Below, piece by piece: positions 1-9,735 of a stretch of 64,000 nt of DNA. The notes under the pieces were generated by a model. That model was not told the DNA's origin and made no database searches. It was given only the letters and a program-made list of their open reading frames with translations. The stretch comes from an uncultured Planctomycetaceae bacterium (lineage in GTDB: Bacteria; Planctomycetota; Planctomycetia; Isosphaerales; Isosphaeraceae): positions 1,056,001 to 1,120,000 of the forward strand of contig CAWIAD010000001.1 of NCBI GenBank assembly GCA_963833985.1, read 5' to 3'. The first letter of the stretch is position 1. Every line of letters begins with the position of its first letter. The translations under genes and the position numbers were made by a program.

Positions 1-1038
1 TCGAGCTGGCGGGCGACGTCCAGCAGCGGATCGTTGACGCCGAGCTGGGCAAGCACCTTGTCGGCGGCGCGCTTGAGGATGACGGCGCGGGGGTCGAAGT
101 TCTTGTAGACGCGATGGCCGAAGCCCATCAGCCGGAAGCCGCTCTTGGGATCCTTGGCCAGCTTGATGGCCTGTTCGGCGGACAACCCACCAGTGTGAAT
201 TTGATCCAGCATCTCCAGCACGGCCACGTTGGCGCCGCCGTGCAGAGGCCCCCAGAGCGCTCCCACGGCCGCGGCGCACGAAGCGAAGAGGTTGGCCTGG
301 CTGGAACCGACGACCCGGACGGTCGAGGTGCTACAATTCTGCTCGTGGTCGGCGTGCAGCAGCAAGATCAGGTTCAGGGCGTCTACCACTTCGGGAGAGG
401 CGACGTGCTGCTCGTAGGGCATGGAGAACATCATGTGCAAGAAATTGGCCACGTACGGCAGCTTCGGGTCCGGGTAGATGAACGGGAACCCCATGGATCG
501 GCGGTACGAGTAGGCCGCAATGGTGCGAACCTTGCTGATCAGCCGTGCGGACTCCTCATAAAACTCTCCCTCCTCCGTGGTCGGCTGCGGCTCGTTGCTC
601 CGCCTGGGAAAACACGACAGCGTGTTCACCATGGCGGAGAGGATGGCCATCGGCGGTGCGTCGACCAGGAAACCCTCGAAGTGGTGCTTGAACGCCTCAT
701 GCAAAGGTGCGTGATAAGTCAGCCGCTCGCGATAGCGGTCGAGCTCGGCCCTGGAGGGCAGCCGGCCGTGGATCAGCAGCCAGGCGGTCTCGGTGAAGGT
801 GGAATGCGCCGCGAGTTGCTCGATGGGAATGCCCCGGTACCGCAGAATGCCTTTCTCGCCATCAATGAAGGTGATCTTGCTGGTGCAGGCACCGGTGTTG
901 CCGTAGCCGGGGTCGAGCGTGATCAGACCGGTGCGCGCGGAACTCCGAGATATCGATCGCGAGCTCGCCCTCGGTACCCTCGATGACCGGTAATTCGATG
1001 GTTCGGCCGTCGAATGTCAGGGACGCGTGCCGTGTCAT
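1..1038 (-). CDS. gltA: Citrate synthase (runs off window start; frameshift near 935, likely a sequencing indel)
   Basis: MTRHASLTFDGRTIELPVIEGTEGELAIDISEFR joins TGLITLDPGYGNTGACTSKITFIDGEKGILRYRGIPIEQLA in another frame; downstream ADHEQNCST, GPLHGGAN and LMGFGHRVYKNFDPRA motifs. Confidence 0.92.
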
Positions 1039-1170
1039 CACCTCGATCTCCCAAGCGGTCCGGAGCCGCCACAAGTGGAGCAAATTTCGACATCGCCATT
1101 CTACACGCGCTGTCCCGGTGGGTGAATGACGCGGCGATCCTGAGCGAGGATTCCGATCGTCCGAGCTTTC

Positions 1171-2439
1171 CTAAAGCCCGCCGTCCAGCTCGGCACGCAG
1201 CGCCGGCAGGTATTTTTCGGCCGACGCCGTGTTCACCAGCACCACCCGGTCACCCGCGCGGACCAGCCCGCGATCTGCCAGTTCGGGAAGCGCCGCCAGC
1301 GTGGCGGCGCCTTCGGGCGACCAGGCGAACCTCCGCTGTAGCCACTCGGTGCGGATCACGGCGCGGATCGCCTCGTCGCTGACCGCCAGCGCCAGCCCGC
1401 CGGTTTGTCGCATGATGCGCAGGACGTTGATGTGCCCGATGTTCTGCGCGACGTTCAGACCCGTGGCGACGGTCGTTCCGGGCGGTCGTGGCGTGATATC
1501 CTGTGCATTCTGCGCGAGCGCGCCCACCAGAGGGTCGGTGGCCGTGCTCTGCACGCAGATCATCCGAGGTCTCTCGGGGCCGACGAGTCCCAAAGCCTCG
1601 ATCTCGTCAAATGCCTTGGCCATGCCCACCACCCCGGTGCCACCACCGGTGGGATAGACGATCACGTCGGGCAATTTCCATTGCCGGAGCGCCCGCCGCT
1701 CGCCGCGCGGCTCGGCCATTTCCAGCCCCAGCGTTTTCTTCCCCTCGGTCCTCCAGCCTGGTTCCTGGAACGTCGCCACGTTGAAGTAGCCCTCGGGCAC
1801 GTAGCTTGATTTCACCCGGCGACCGCACTCCATGATAGTGCCGGAGACAAGCTCGAGCCGGACGTGACGGGGATGGAGCTGGGCGTAGGCCGCAACCTTG
1901 CCCAGGACCGGGAGGTCCGTATCGGGTGACATCACAATCGCCGCTTCGATCCCTGCCGCGACCGCATACTCGGCAAGCGCATCGCCGGCGTTTCCCTGGG
2001 TGGGAACCGCCAGGCGGCTGATCCCCAGCGCCCGGGCCATCGAGACCGTCATTGCCATGCCTCGATCCTTGAACGACAGGGTTGGGTTGGCACCGAATCC
2101 GGAGTGGTGCCGCCCCTCGTCTTTCACCTCGAGCCGAAAACCGATGCGCTCGGCCAGCGCGTGGGGGTAATGCAGGGAAGGAGTGAACCCTTCTCCCAGG
2201 GACACAATCGAGCGCGTGTCCTCCGGGTCCGCGCTGTCCAGCGGCAAGAGCCCTCCAAATCGCCAGAGATCGAGGCGTTCCGGCTGCCACCAGCCGTCTT
2301 GCCCACGCTCGGCCCTGAGACGCTCGAGATCCATTACCACCTGTACGGGACGACCATCGTGTGGGCACAGGTTCATGACCGACCGGGACGGAAACTGGCT
2401 GCCGCAAACCGTGCATGCCAGATGAGATACGTAGCGCAT
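1171..2439 (-). CDS. thrC: Threonine synthase family PLP enzyme
   Basis: N-terminal CxxC...C Zn ribbon, LGEGFTP, NPTLSFKDRG (PLP lysine), EGKKT, PTGGG, PEGAA; start at ATG 2439 (MRYVSHLAC). Confidence 0.85.
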   Translation of the reverse strand: MRYVSHLACTVCGSQFPSRSVMNLCPHDGRPVQVVMDLERLRAERGQDGWWQPERLDLWRFGGLLPLDSADPEDTRSIVSLGEGFTPSLHYPHALAERIGFRLEVKDEGRHHSGFGANPTLSFKDRGMAMTVSMARALGISRLAVPTQGNAGDALAEYAVAAGIEAAIVMSPDTDLPVLGKVAAYAQLHPRHVRLELVSGTIMECGRRVKSSYVPEGYFNVATFQEPGWRTEGKKTLGLEMAEPRGERRALRQWKLPDVIVYPTGGGTGVVGMAKAFDEIEALGLVGPERPRMICVQSTATDPLVGALAQNAQDITPRPPGTTVATGLNVAQNIGHINVLRIMRQTGGLALAVSDEAIRAVIRTEWLQRRFAWSPEGAATLAALPELADRGLVRAGDRVVLVNTASAEKYLPALRAELDGGL

Positions 2440-2870
2440 CCGAATGTTCTCCAGGCACGGATCGAGGCTGGCATCGACCAGTCGTTCCTCGGCTCTGCCG
2501 GTGCGTGCAGGCACGGTCAGGATGACGCCGCGAGCCTCCTCTTGCAAGGAGGGACGGAGGACAAACCCGTACAAATCGCTCCGTAAGCGAAACCCGGTGG
2601 CACTACTGATCCCACTGAGCGATGTGAGCGCGAATAGATGAGGCACCAATCGCGTCTTGAACTATGGAATCCGCTCGATGACCGATCGAAATCGGCCTCA
2701 GCTGTGGACCGATGACGGTACGCCTACCAGTCGGCCTCGTGAGCTGTTCCGTGACGATCGCAAGCCCCTTTTCTCTGACCGACGGACTCAGAACACCCGA
2801 TCGCTCGACCTTCGAGGTCGACGGTCCCACGTGCCACTGAGAATCGTTCCACGTACCTTGCCGGAAAGGA

Positions 2871-4553
2871 GTGACACTGATGCGTCCTTTGTACTTTCAC
2901 CTTGGCCTGGCAGCCACACTCCTGGTGGGTTGTCCGCTGCTCGCTCCATCCCGGGCAGATGACACCGCGCCGCAGAAGGACTCCAGGGCCAGGAAGTCCC
3001 CGGCCGTCGATGAGAAAGCGATTCCCACCTACGGTCTGCTCGATGCCATGAGCGAGGGCCTGGTGGCCGTTCGGGCGAGCGGTCGCGGCGACGGCCGCAT
3101 GACCGTCGCGGTCACCAACAACACCAATAACCAGCTCCGGGTGGTCCTTCCTCCCGGCATCATTGCTCAGGGTGCCAGCGGCCAGTTCGGCGGCATGGGC
3201 GGCATGGGTGGTGGCATGGGAGGCATGGGCGGCGGCATGGGAGGCATGGGCGGCGGCATGGGAGGCATGGGCGGCGGCATGGGAGGCATGGGCGGCGGCA
3301 TGGGAGGCATGGGCGGCGGCATGGGAGGCATGGGCGGCGGCATGGGAGGTGGCATGGGCGGCGGAATGATGGGCCGGGGCGGTGGAACGATGCCGCCCAC
3401 CATGGGCATGATGATGCTTGCCCGCCTGATCATGTACCTCTGCGGCGATTACGATAGCTGGGACATGCGATCCATCTCCATCGGTATGATGGGCGGCATG
3501 GGCGGTGGAATGGGCGGTGGCATGGGAGGCATGGGCGGCGGCATGGGCGGCATGGGAGGCATGGGCGGTGGCATGGGCGGCATGGGCATGATGTCCGTAC
3601 CACCGACCGGTCTGCCGTTCGCGACCCTCAAGCCGGGGCAGAAGCGTGAGCTGCCCACCCGGCTGGTGAGCCTCTCGCAGCCGGATCCGAACTCGGAGAG
3701 CGGGCTCAGCTTCCCGGCCAAGGACGAGCCCCTGCAACTGGGCGATGTGTCCCAGACCAATGCCGATCCGCGAGTGCAGAAGGCCCTGAAGCGTCTGGCG
3801 GCCGACAAGGCGCCTGCGACGATCGCGCAACTGGTGATGTGGCGGCTGGCGGTGGGACTGGACTGGGAGCGGATCGCCGAGTTCTCCGCGCCGTGGGCCA
3901 ATCGGTTCGAGCTGGCTCTGGCGCGTCAGTTCGCCGACCACCTGGACAATCTGCCGGAGAGCGAGACCGGAGCGATCCTCTTCGAGGTGCAGGGGAGCGG
4001 CGCGACAGGGGAGGCGAATGCGGCCGCCTTCCGCAAGGAGCTGACGGACAAGGTGTTCCTGGGTCTGCGGAGCAAGCTGTCGATTCCGGCGCGTCCGGAG
4101 GAGCCTGCGGTGGGCTGCCGGGTGAAGTTCACGGGTCAGGAGGCGTTGGTGCAGGTGGTGTGCAGCGACGCGACGGTGACGAAGTGGGTGCCCTTCGGCA
4201 AGTTCGCGTTGCCGCTGTCGGGTGGTTCGGAGAAGTTCGCGGCCGGCAAGTTCGGCGAGGCGCTGGCGGAGGGAGTGCTGGGTCGGATGGTGCGTGCGCA
4301 GTACATGCGTGGTCCGACGGTGAAGGGGAAGGCGACGTACCAGGTGAGGATCGAGAACGCGTCGCCGCTGGTGCTCAATGGTCTGGCGGTGCTGGGCATC
4401 GAGGCGAAGCCGGAGGGTCAGCCGCAGCAGGTATCGGGAATCTGCATCGCCCCGCGTCGGAGCATGGCGGTGCCGGCGACCGAGGAGGTGGTCAAGACCC
4501 TGGGCCTGCGGAAGGGGATCCGCGTGGTCGCCGCCGACCTCAGCGGACTTTGA
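2871..4553 (+). CDS. Secreted Gly-Met-rich repeat protein, copy 1
   Basis: GGAG upstream; signal peptide (MRPLYFHLGLAATLLVGCPLLAPSRA-DD); two (GGM/GGGM)n loops; globular C-terminal region shared with copies 2 and 3. Confidence 0.9.
   Translation: MTLMRPLYFHLGLAATLLVGCPLLAPSRADDTAPQKDSRARKSPAVDEKAIPTYGLLDAMSEGLVAVRASGRGDGRMTVAVTNNTNNQLRVVLPPGIIAQGASGQFGGMGGMGGGMGGMGGGMGGMGGGMGGMGGGMGGMGGGMGGMGGGMGGMGGGMGGGMGGGMMGRGGGTMPPTMGMMMLARLIMYLCGDYDSWDMRSISIGMMGGMGGGMGGGMGGMGGGMGGMGGMGGGMGGMGMMSVPPTGLPFATLKPGQKRELPTRLVSLSQPDPNSESGLSFPAKDEPLQLGDVSQTNADPRVQKALKRLAADKAPATIAQLVMWRLAVGLDWERIAEFSAPWANRFELALARQFADHLDNLPESETGAILFEVQGSGATGEANAAAFRKELTDKVFLGLRSKLSIPARPEEPAVGCRVKFTGQEALVQVVCSDATVTKWVPFGKFALPLSGGSEKFAAGKFGEALAEGVLGRMVRAQYMRGPTVKGKATYQVRIENASPLVLNGLAVLGIEAKPEGQPQQVSGICIAPRRSMAVPATEEVVKTLGLRKGIRVVAADLSGL
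3213..3338 (+). repeat. Perfect 21-nt tandem repeat (ggcatgggaggcatgggcggc) x6 encoding GMGGMGG
   Basis: Read directly in the sequence. Confidence 0.9.
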
Positions 4554-4588
4554 GACTAGCCCCAAGCGGCCTTGGTGAATTCTCCTGG

Positions 4589-4619
4589 ACCTCGGGCGAC
4601 GATTCGCCCGAGGTTTTTT
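4589..4619 (+). terminator. Intrinsic terminator after copy 1
   Basis: acctcgggcga-cgat-tcgcccgaggt stem followed by a T-run. Confidence 0.85.
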
Positions 4620-4920
4620 GTGCGCCGCGTGTGGGCGGTCCAAATTCGCATGCAAAAAGACGAATAGCGGTGCGGCTGCCAGCGTCTTGCTGGTGGAGTT
4701 CCGCTCCCGGAGTGGTGGACCAGGGCGTGTGAGGCACCGGGAATCGAAGTGGAGTAGGGTGCCGTTACCTGGTCTTCATGCGCCGCAGCGCAATCCCCGC
4801 GTTCTGCCGTCTTGTGACCGTCGTTGACCAGGGTCATCAGGCTGCTCACAGCGCCACCCGTGCCGTCGGTTCGTCACGGTTGCACTCAAGCTCATCAAAA
4901 AACTGCAAAGGCATCCACAC

Positions 4921-6565
4921 ATGATCAAATCTCGTTCATCCATCAGTCTTGCTGCCGCGATCGTGGCAGCGTTTCCGCTGCTGGCGCCTGCGCGGAGACG
5001 ATGGCACTTCCCAGAAGGCGCCGCGCGGCAAGCCCACCGCGGTTGACGAGAAGGATATTCCGACCTTCGGGCTGATCGATGCCATGAGCCAAGGCCTGGT
5101 GGCGGTTCAGGCCAGTGGCCGGGGCGACGGCCGCATGACCGTCGCGGTCACCAACAACACCAGCAACCAACTTCGCGTCGTCCTTCCCCCTGGCATCATC
5201 GCTCAGGGTGCCAGCGGCCAGTTTGGCGGCATGGGAGGTATGGGCGGCGGCGGTATGGGCGGCGGTATGGGCGGCGGCGGTATGGGCGGTGGCATGGGCG
5301 GCGGCGGCATGGGCGGTGGTATGGGTGGAGGTATGGGCGGCGGCGGCATGGGTGGAGGTATGGGCGGCGGTATGGGCGGCGGCGGTATGGGCGGTGGAAC
5401 GATGCCGCCCACGATGGGCATGATGATGCTCGCCCGCCTGATCATGTACCTCTGCGGCGATTACGATAGCTGGGACATGCGATCCATCTCCATCGGCATG
5501 ATGGGCGGCATGGGCGGTGGAATGGGCGGTGGCATGGGCGGCGGAATGGGCGGCGGAATGGGCGGCGGAATGGGCGGCGGAATGGGCGGCGGCATGGGCA
5601 TGATGTCCGTACCACCGACCGGTCTGCCGTTCGCGATCCTCAAGCCGGGGCAGAAGCGTGAGCTGCCCACCCGGCTGGTGAGCCTCTCGCAGCCGGATCC
5701 GAACTCGGAGAGCGGGCTCAGCTTCCCGGCCAAGGACGAGCCCCTGCAACTGGGCGATGTGTCCCAGACCAATGCCGATCCGCGAGTGCAGAAGGCCCTG
5801 AAGCGTCTGGCGGCCGACAAGGCGCCTGCGACGATCGCGCAACTGGTGATGTGGCGGCTGGCGGTGGGACTGGACTGGGAGCGGATCGCCGAGTTCTCCG
5901 CGCCGTGGGCCAATCGGTTCGAGCTGGCTCTGGCGCGTCAGTTCGCCGACCACCTGGACAATCTGCCGGAGAGCGAGACCGGAGCGATCCTCTTCGAGGT
6001 GCAGGGGAGCGGCGCGACAGGGGAGGCGAATGCGGCCGCCTTCCGCAAGGAGCTGACGGACAAGGTGTTCCTGGGTCTGCGGAGCAAGCTGTCGATTCCG
6101 GCGCGTCCGGAGGAGCCTGCGGTGGGCTGCCGGGTGAAGTTCACGGGTCAGGAGGCGTTGGTGCAGGTGGTGTGCAGCGACGCGACGGTGACGAAGTGGG
6201 TGCCCTTCGGCAAGTTCGCGTTGCCGCTGTCGGGTGGTTCGGAGAAGTTCGCGGCCGGCAAGTTCGGCGAGGCGCTGGCGGAGGGAGTGCTGGGTCGGAT
6301 GGTGCGTGCGCAGTACATGCGTGGTCCGACGGTGAAGGGGAAGGCGACGTACCAGGTGAGGATCGAGAACGCGTCGCCGCTGGTGCTCAATGGTCTGGCG
6401 GTGCTGGGCATCGAGGCGAAGCCGGAGGGTCAGCCGCAGCAGGTATCGGGAATCTGCATCGCCCCGCGTCGGAGCATGGCGGTGCCGGCGACCGAGGAGG
6501 TGGTCAAGACCCTGGGCCTGCGGAAGGGGATCCGCGTGGTCGCCGCCGACCTCAGCGGACTTTGA
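4921..6565 (+). CDS. Secreted Gly-Met-rich repeat protein, copy 2 (frameshift at the signal-peptide junction, ~4990)
   Basis: ATG 4921 gives signal peptide MIKSRSSISLAAAIVAAFPLLAPAR; the mature part (GDDGTSQK...) is in the +1 frame and its C-terminal region matches copy 1. Confidence 0.85.
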
Positions 6566-6600
6566 GACTAGCCCCAAGCGGCCTTGGTGAATTCTCCTGG

Positions 6601-6631
6601 ACCTCGGGCGACGATTCGCCCGAGGTTTTTT
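6601..6631 (+). terminator. Intrinsic terminator after copy 2 (identical to 4589-4619)
   Basis: Same hairpin plus T-run. Confidence 0.85.
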
Positions 6632-6931
6632 GTGCGCCGCGTGTAGGCGGTCCAAATTCGTTTGCGAAAGGACGAATAGCGGCACGGTTGGCAGCGTCTT
6701 GCTGGTAGAGTTCCGCTCCCGGAGTGGTGGACCAGGGCGTGTGTGGCACCGGGAATCGAAGTGGAGTAGGGTGCCGTTACCTGGTTTTCATACGGTCGCA
6801 GCCCAATTCCTGTACTGTGCCGTCTCCTGACCGTCGCTGACGAGGCCATCGGGCTGATCACCGCGCCACCCCTGCCGCCGGTTCGTCACGGTTGCACTCA
6901 AGCTCACCTTGAAGTTGAAAGGTATGCACAC

Positions 6932-8567
6932 GTGACTATTCGGCGTTTCTCTTTTGGTCTTGCTGCCGCGATCGTGGCAGCGTTTCCGCTGCTGGCGCCT
7001 GCGCGGAGACGACGGCACTTCCCAGAAGGTGCCGCGCGGCAAGCCCGCCGCGGTTGACGAGAAGGACATCCCGACCTTCGGGCTGATCGACGCCATGAGC
7101 CGAGGCCTGGTGGCGGTTCAGGCCAGTGGCCGGGGCGACGGCCGCATGACCGTCGCGGTCACCAACAACACCAATAACCAGCTCCGGGTCGTCCTTCCCC
7201 CCGGCCTCATCGCTCAGGGTGCCAGCGGTCAGTTCGGCGGCATGGGCGGTATGGGTGGTGGCGGTATGGGCGGTGGTATGGGTGGTGGTGGTATGGGCGG
7301 CGGTATGGGCGGCGGTGGTATGGGCGGTGGTATGGGCGGTGGTATGGGTGGTGGTGGTATGGGCGGCGGTATGGGTGGCGGCATGGGACGTGGCGGCGGA
7401 ACGATGCCACCCACCATGGGCATGATGATGCTCGCCCGGCTGATCATGTACCTCTGCGGCGATTACGATAGCTGGGACATGCGATCCCTTTCCATCGGCA
7501 TGATGGGCGGCATGGGCGGTGGCATGGGCGGTGGCATGGGCGGCGGAATGGGCGGCGGAATGGGCGGCGGAATGGGCGGCGGAATGGGCGGCGGCATGGG
7601 CATGATGTCCGTACCACCGACCGGTCTGCCGTTCGCGATCCTCAAGCCGGGGCAGAAGCGTGAGCTGCCCACCCGGCTGGTGAGCCTCTCGCAGCCGGAT
7701 CCGAACTCGGAGAGCGGGCTCAGCTTCCCGGCCAAGGACGAGCCCCTGCAACTGGGCGATGTGTCCCAGACCAATGCCGATCCGCGAGTGCAGAAGGCCC
7801 TGAAGCGTCTGGCGGCCGACAAGGCGCCTGCGACGATCGCGCAACTGGTGATGTGGCGGCTGGCGGTGGGACTGGACTGGGAGCGGATCGCCGAGTTCTC
7901 CGCGCCGTGGGCCAATCGGTTCGAGCTGGCTCTGGCGCGTCAGTTCGCCGACCACCTGGACAATCTGCCGGAGAGCGAGACCGGAGCGATCCTCTTCGAG
8001 GTGCAGGGGAGCGGCGCGACAGGGGAGGCGAATGCGGCCGCCTTCCGCAAGGAGCTGACGGACAAGGTGTTCCTGGGTCTGCGGAGCAAGCTGTCGATTC
8101 CGGCGCGTCCGGAGGAGCCTGCGGTGGGCTGCCGGGTGAAGTTCACGGGTCAGGAGGCGTTGGTGCAGGTGGTGTGCAGCGACGCGACGGTGACGAAGTG
8201 GGTGCCCTTCGGCAAGTTCGCGTTGCCGCTGTCGGGTGGTTCGGAGAAGTTCGCGGCCGGCAAGTTCGGCGAGGCGCTGGCGGAGGGAGTGCTGGGTCGG
8301 ATGGTGCGTGCGCAGTACATGCGTGGTCCGACGGTGAAGGGGAAGGCGACGTACCAGGTGAGGATCGAGAACGCGTCGCCGCTGGTGCTCAATGGTCTGG
8401 CGGTGCTGGGCATCGAGGCGAAGCCGGAGGGTCAGCCGCAGCAGGTATCGGGAATCTGCATCGCCCCGCGTCGGAGCATGGCGGTGCCGGCGACCGAGGA
8501 GGTGGTCAAGACCCTGGGCCTGCGGAAGGGAATCCGCGTCGTCGCCGCTGACCTCAGCGGACTTTGA
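6932..8567 (+). CDS. Secreted Gly-Met-rich repeat protein, copy 3 (same frameshift, ~7002)
   Basis: GTG 6932 gives MTIRRFSFGLAAAIVAAFPLLAPAR; mature part in the +1 frame; same architecture as copies 1 and 2. Confidence 0.85.
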
Positions 8568-8594
8568 GGGCTGCAAGTCAGATCGATATGAGAG

Positions 8595-8632
8595 AACGCC
8601 CCGGGAGCCCTCTGCCCGGGGTGTTTTTGTTT
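8595..8632 (+). terminator. Intrinsic terminator after copy 3
   Basis: aacgccccggg...cccggggtgtt stem followed by tttgttt. Confidence 0.7.
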
Positions 8633-8841
8633 GCAGCATCCGGGAAACGGCAGGCGGGATCTGCTAGAATTCAGGGTAGAGGTCTGGCTGATCTCGAGAT
8701 CGAGAACCGGCCATGGCTGCCGATTCGCTCCCGATCGGTCCGCCTCAAAACTCCCCCGCTCATCGAGATCATCGCGATGCGCGGACGCACCGCGGCACCC
8801 TGACTTGGTGTGCTTGCGGAACATTGATCGGGAGGTTTGCC

Positions 8842-9696
8842 ATGCTGAGCAGCATCCTGGTGGGCCTGGATGGATCGGACTACAGCCAGAGCGCCGTCGA
8901 GGTGGGCATTGAACTGGCGCGGCAGACAGGCGCCATGCTGGTCGGGCTGGGGATCGTGGACGAGCCGACCATCCGCGACGCCGAACCACGCCTCGTGGCC
9001 GCGGGAGTTCCTTTTGCAGAGCCGGTCCTGTACCGGGAACGGATCGCCAGCGCCCGGCGCGAGGTCGAGCAGTTTCTGTCGCAATTCAGCCTCCGGTGCG
9101 CCAGGGCAGGGGTATCCTGCAAGGTTCTCGAAGAGGTGGGCATGCCGCACGAGCAGATCGAGCTCCAGGCCCAGCGGTACGACCTGATCCTCATGGGCCA
9201 GCAGACGCGGTTCCACTTCGAGACTCAGGAAGGTTATGACGACACGGTCCGCCGCGTGCTCAAGAGCAGCCCGCGGCCCGTGATCACCGTCCCATCAAAG
9301 CCAGGAATGAATTCGGACGAGCCCGGCCGCTCGGTGCTGGTGGCCTACGACGGCAGCCTTCAGGCTGCCCGTGCGTTGCAGGCCTTCCAGACGACCGGGT
9401 TGGCCGCCATCCACCCCATCGTCATCGTGAGTGTGAGCCCGGAACCGCACGAGGCGGCTCGCGTGGCGGAGCGTGCTGCCGATTTTCTGGGCATGCACGA
9501 CATCAAGGCCCGGGCCGAGCCGATCACGTCCGAGCGGTCGCCGGCTTCCGTCCTGATGGAAGCAGCCGAGAAACATCAAGCGGCGATGATGGTCATGGGA
9601 AGTTACGGCCGCCCGCGCCTGACGGAGCTGTTCATGGGCTCGGTGACGCGCAGCTTGCTGGCCGCCAGCCGCATCCCGCTCTTCCTGTACCATTGA
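8842..9696 (+). CDS. Universal stress protein (tandem USP domains)
   Basis: GGAGG SD; ILVGLDGS, DLILMG, VLVAYDGS, VMGSYG...MGSVT motifs. Confidence 0.9.
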   Translation: MLSSILVGLDGSDYSQSAVEVGIELARQTGAMLVGLGIVDEPTIRDAEPRLVAAGVPFAEPVLYRERIASARREVEQFLSQFSLRCARAGVSCKVLEEVGMPHEQIELQAQRYDLILMGQQTRFHFETQEGYDDTVRRVLKSSPRPVITVPSKPGMNSDEPGRSVLVAYDGSLQAARALQAFQTTGLAAIHPIVIVSVSPEPHEAARVAERAADFLGMHDIKARAEPITSERSPASVLMEAAEKHQAAMMVMGSYGRPRLTELFMGSVTRSLLAASRIPLFLYH

Positions 9697-9735
9697 GATC
9701 GTTGAGTCGGCGGCTCGAGCGCTCGTTTACTCCCA

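Noticed and set aside
2871..8567. Diversity-generating retroelement
   Set aside because: No reverse transcriptase in the window, and differences are repeat-length and synonymous changes rather than adenine-specific
2724..8639. Long His/Ala-rich and Pro-rich minus-strand ORFs over the Gly-Met genes
   Set aside because: Antisense shadows of the repeats and of high-GC codon usage
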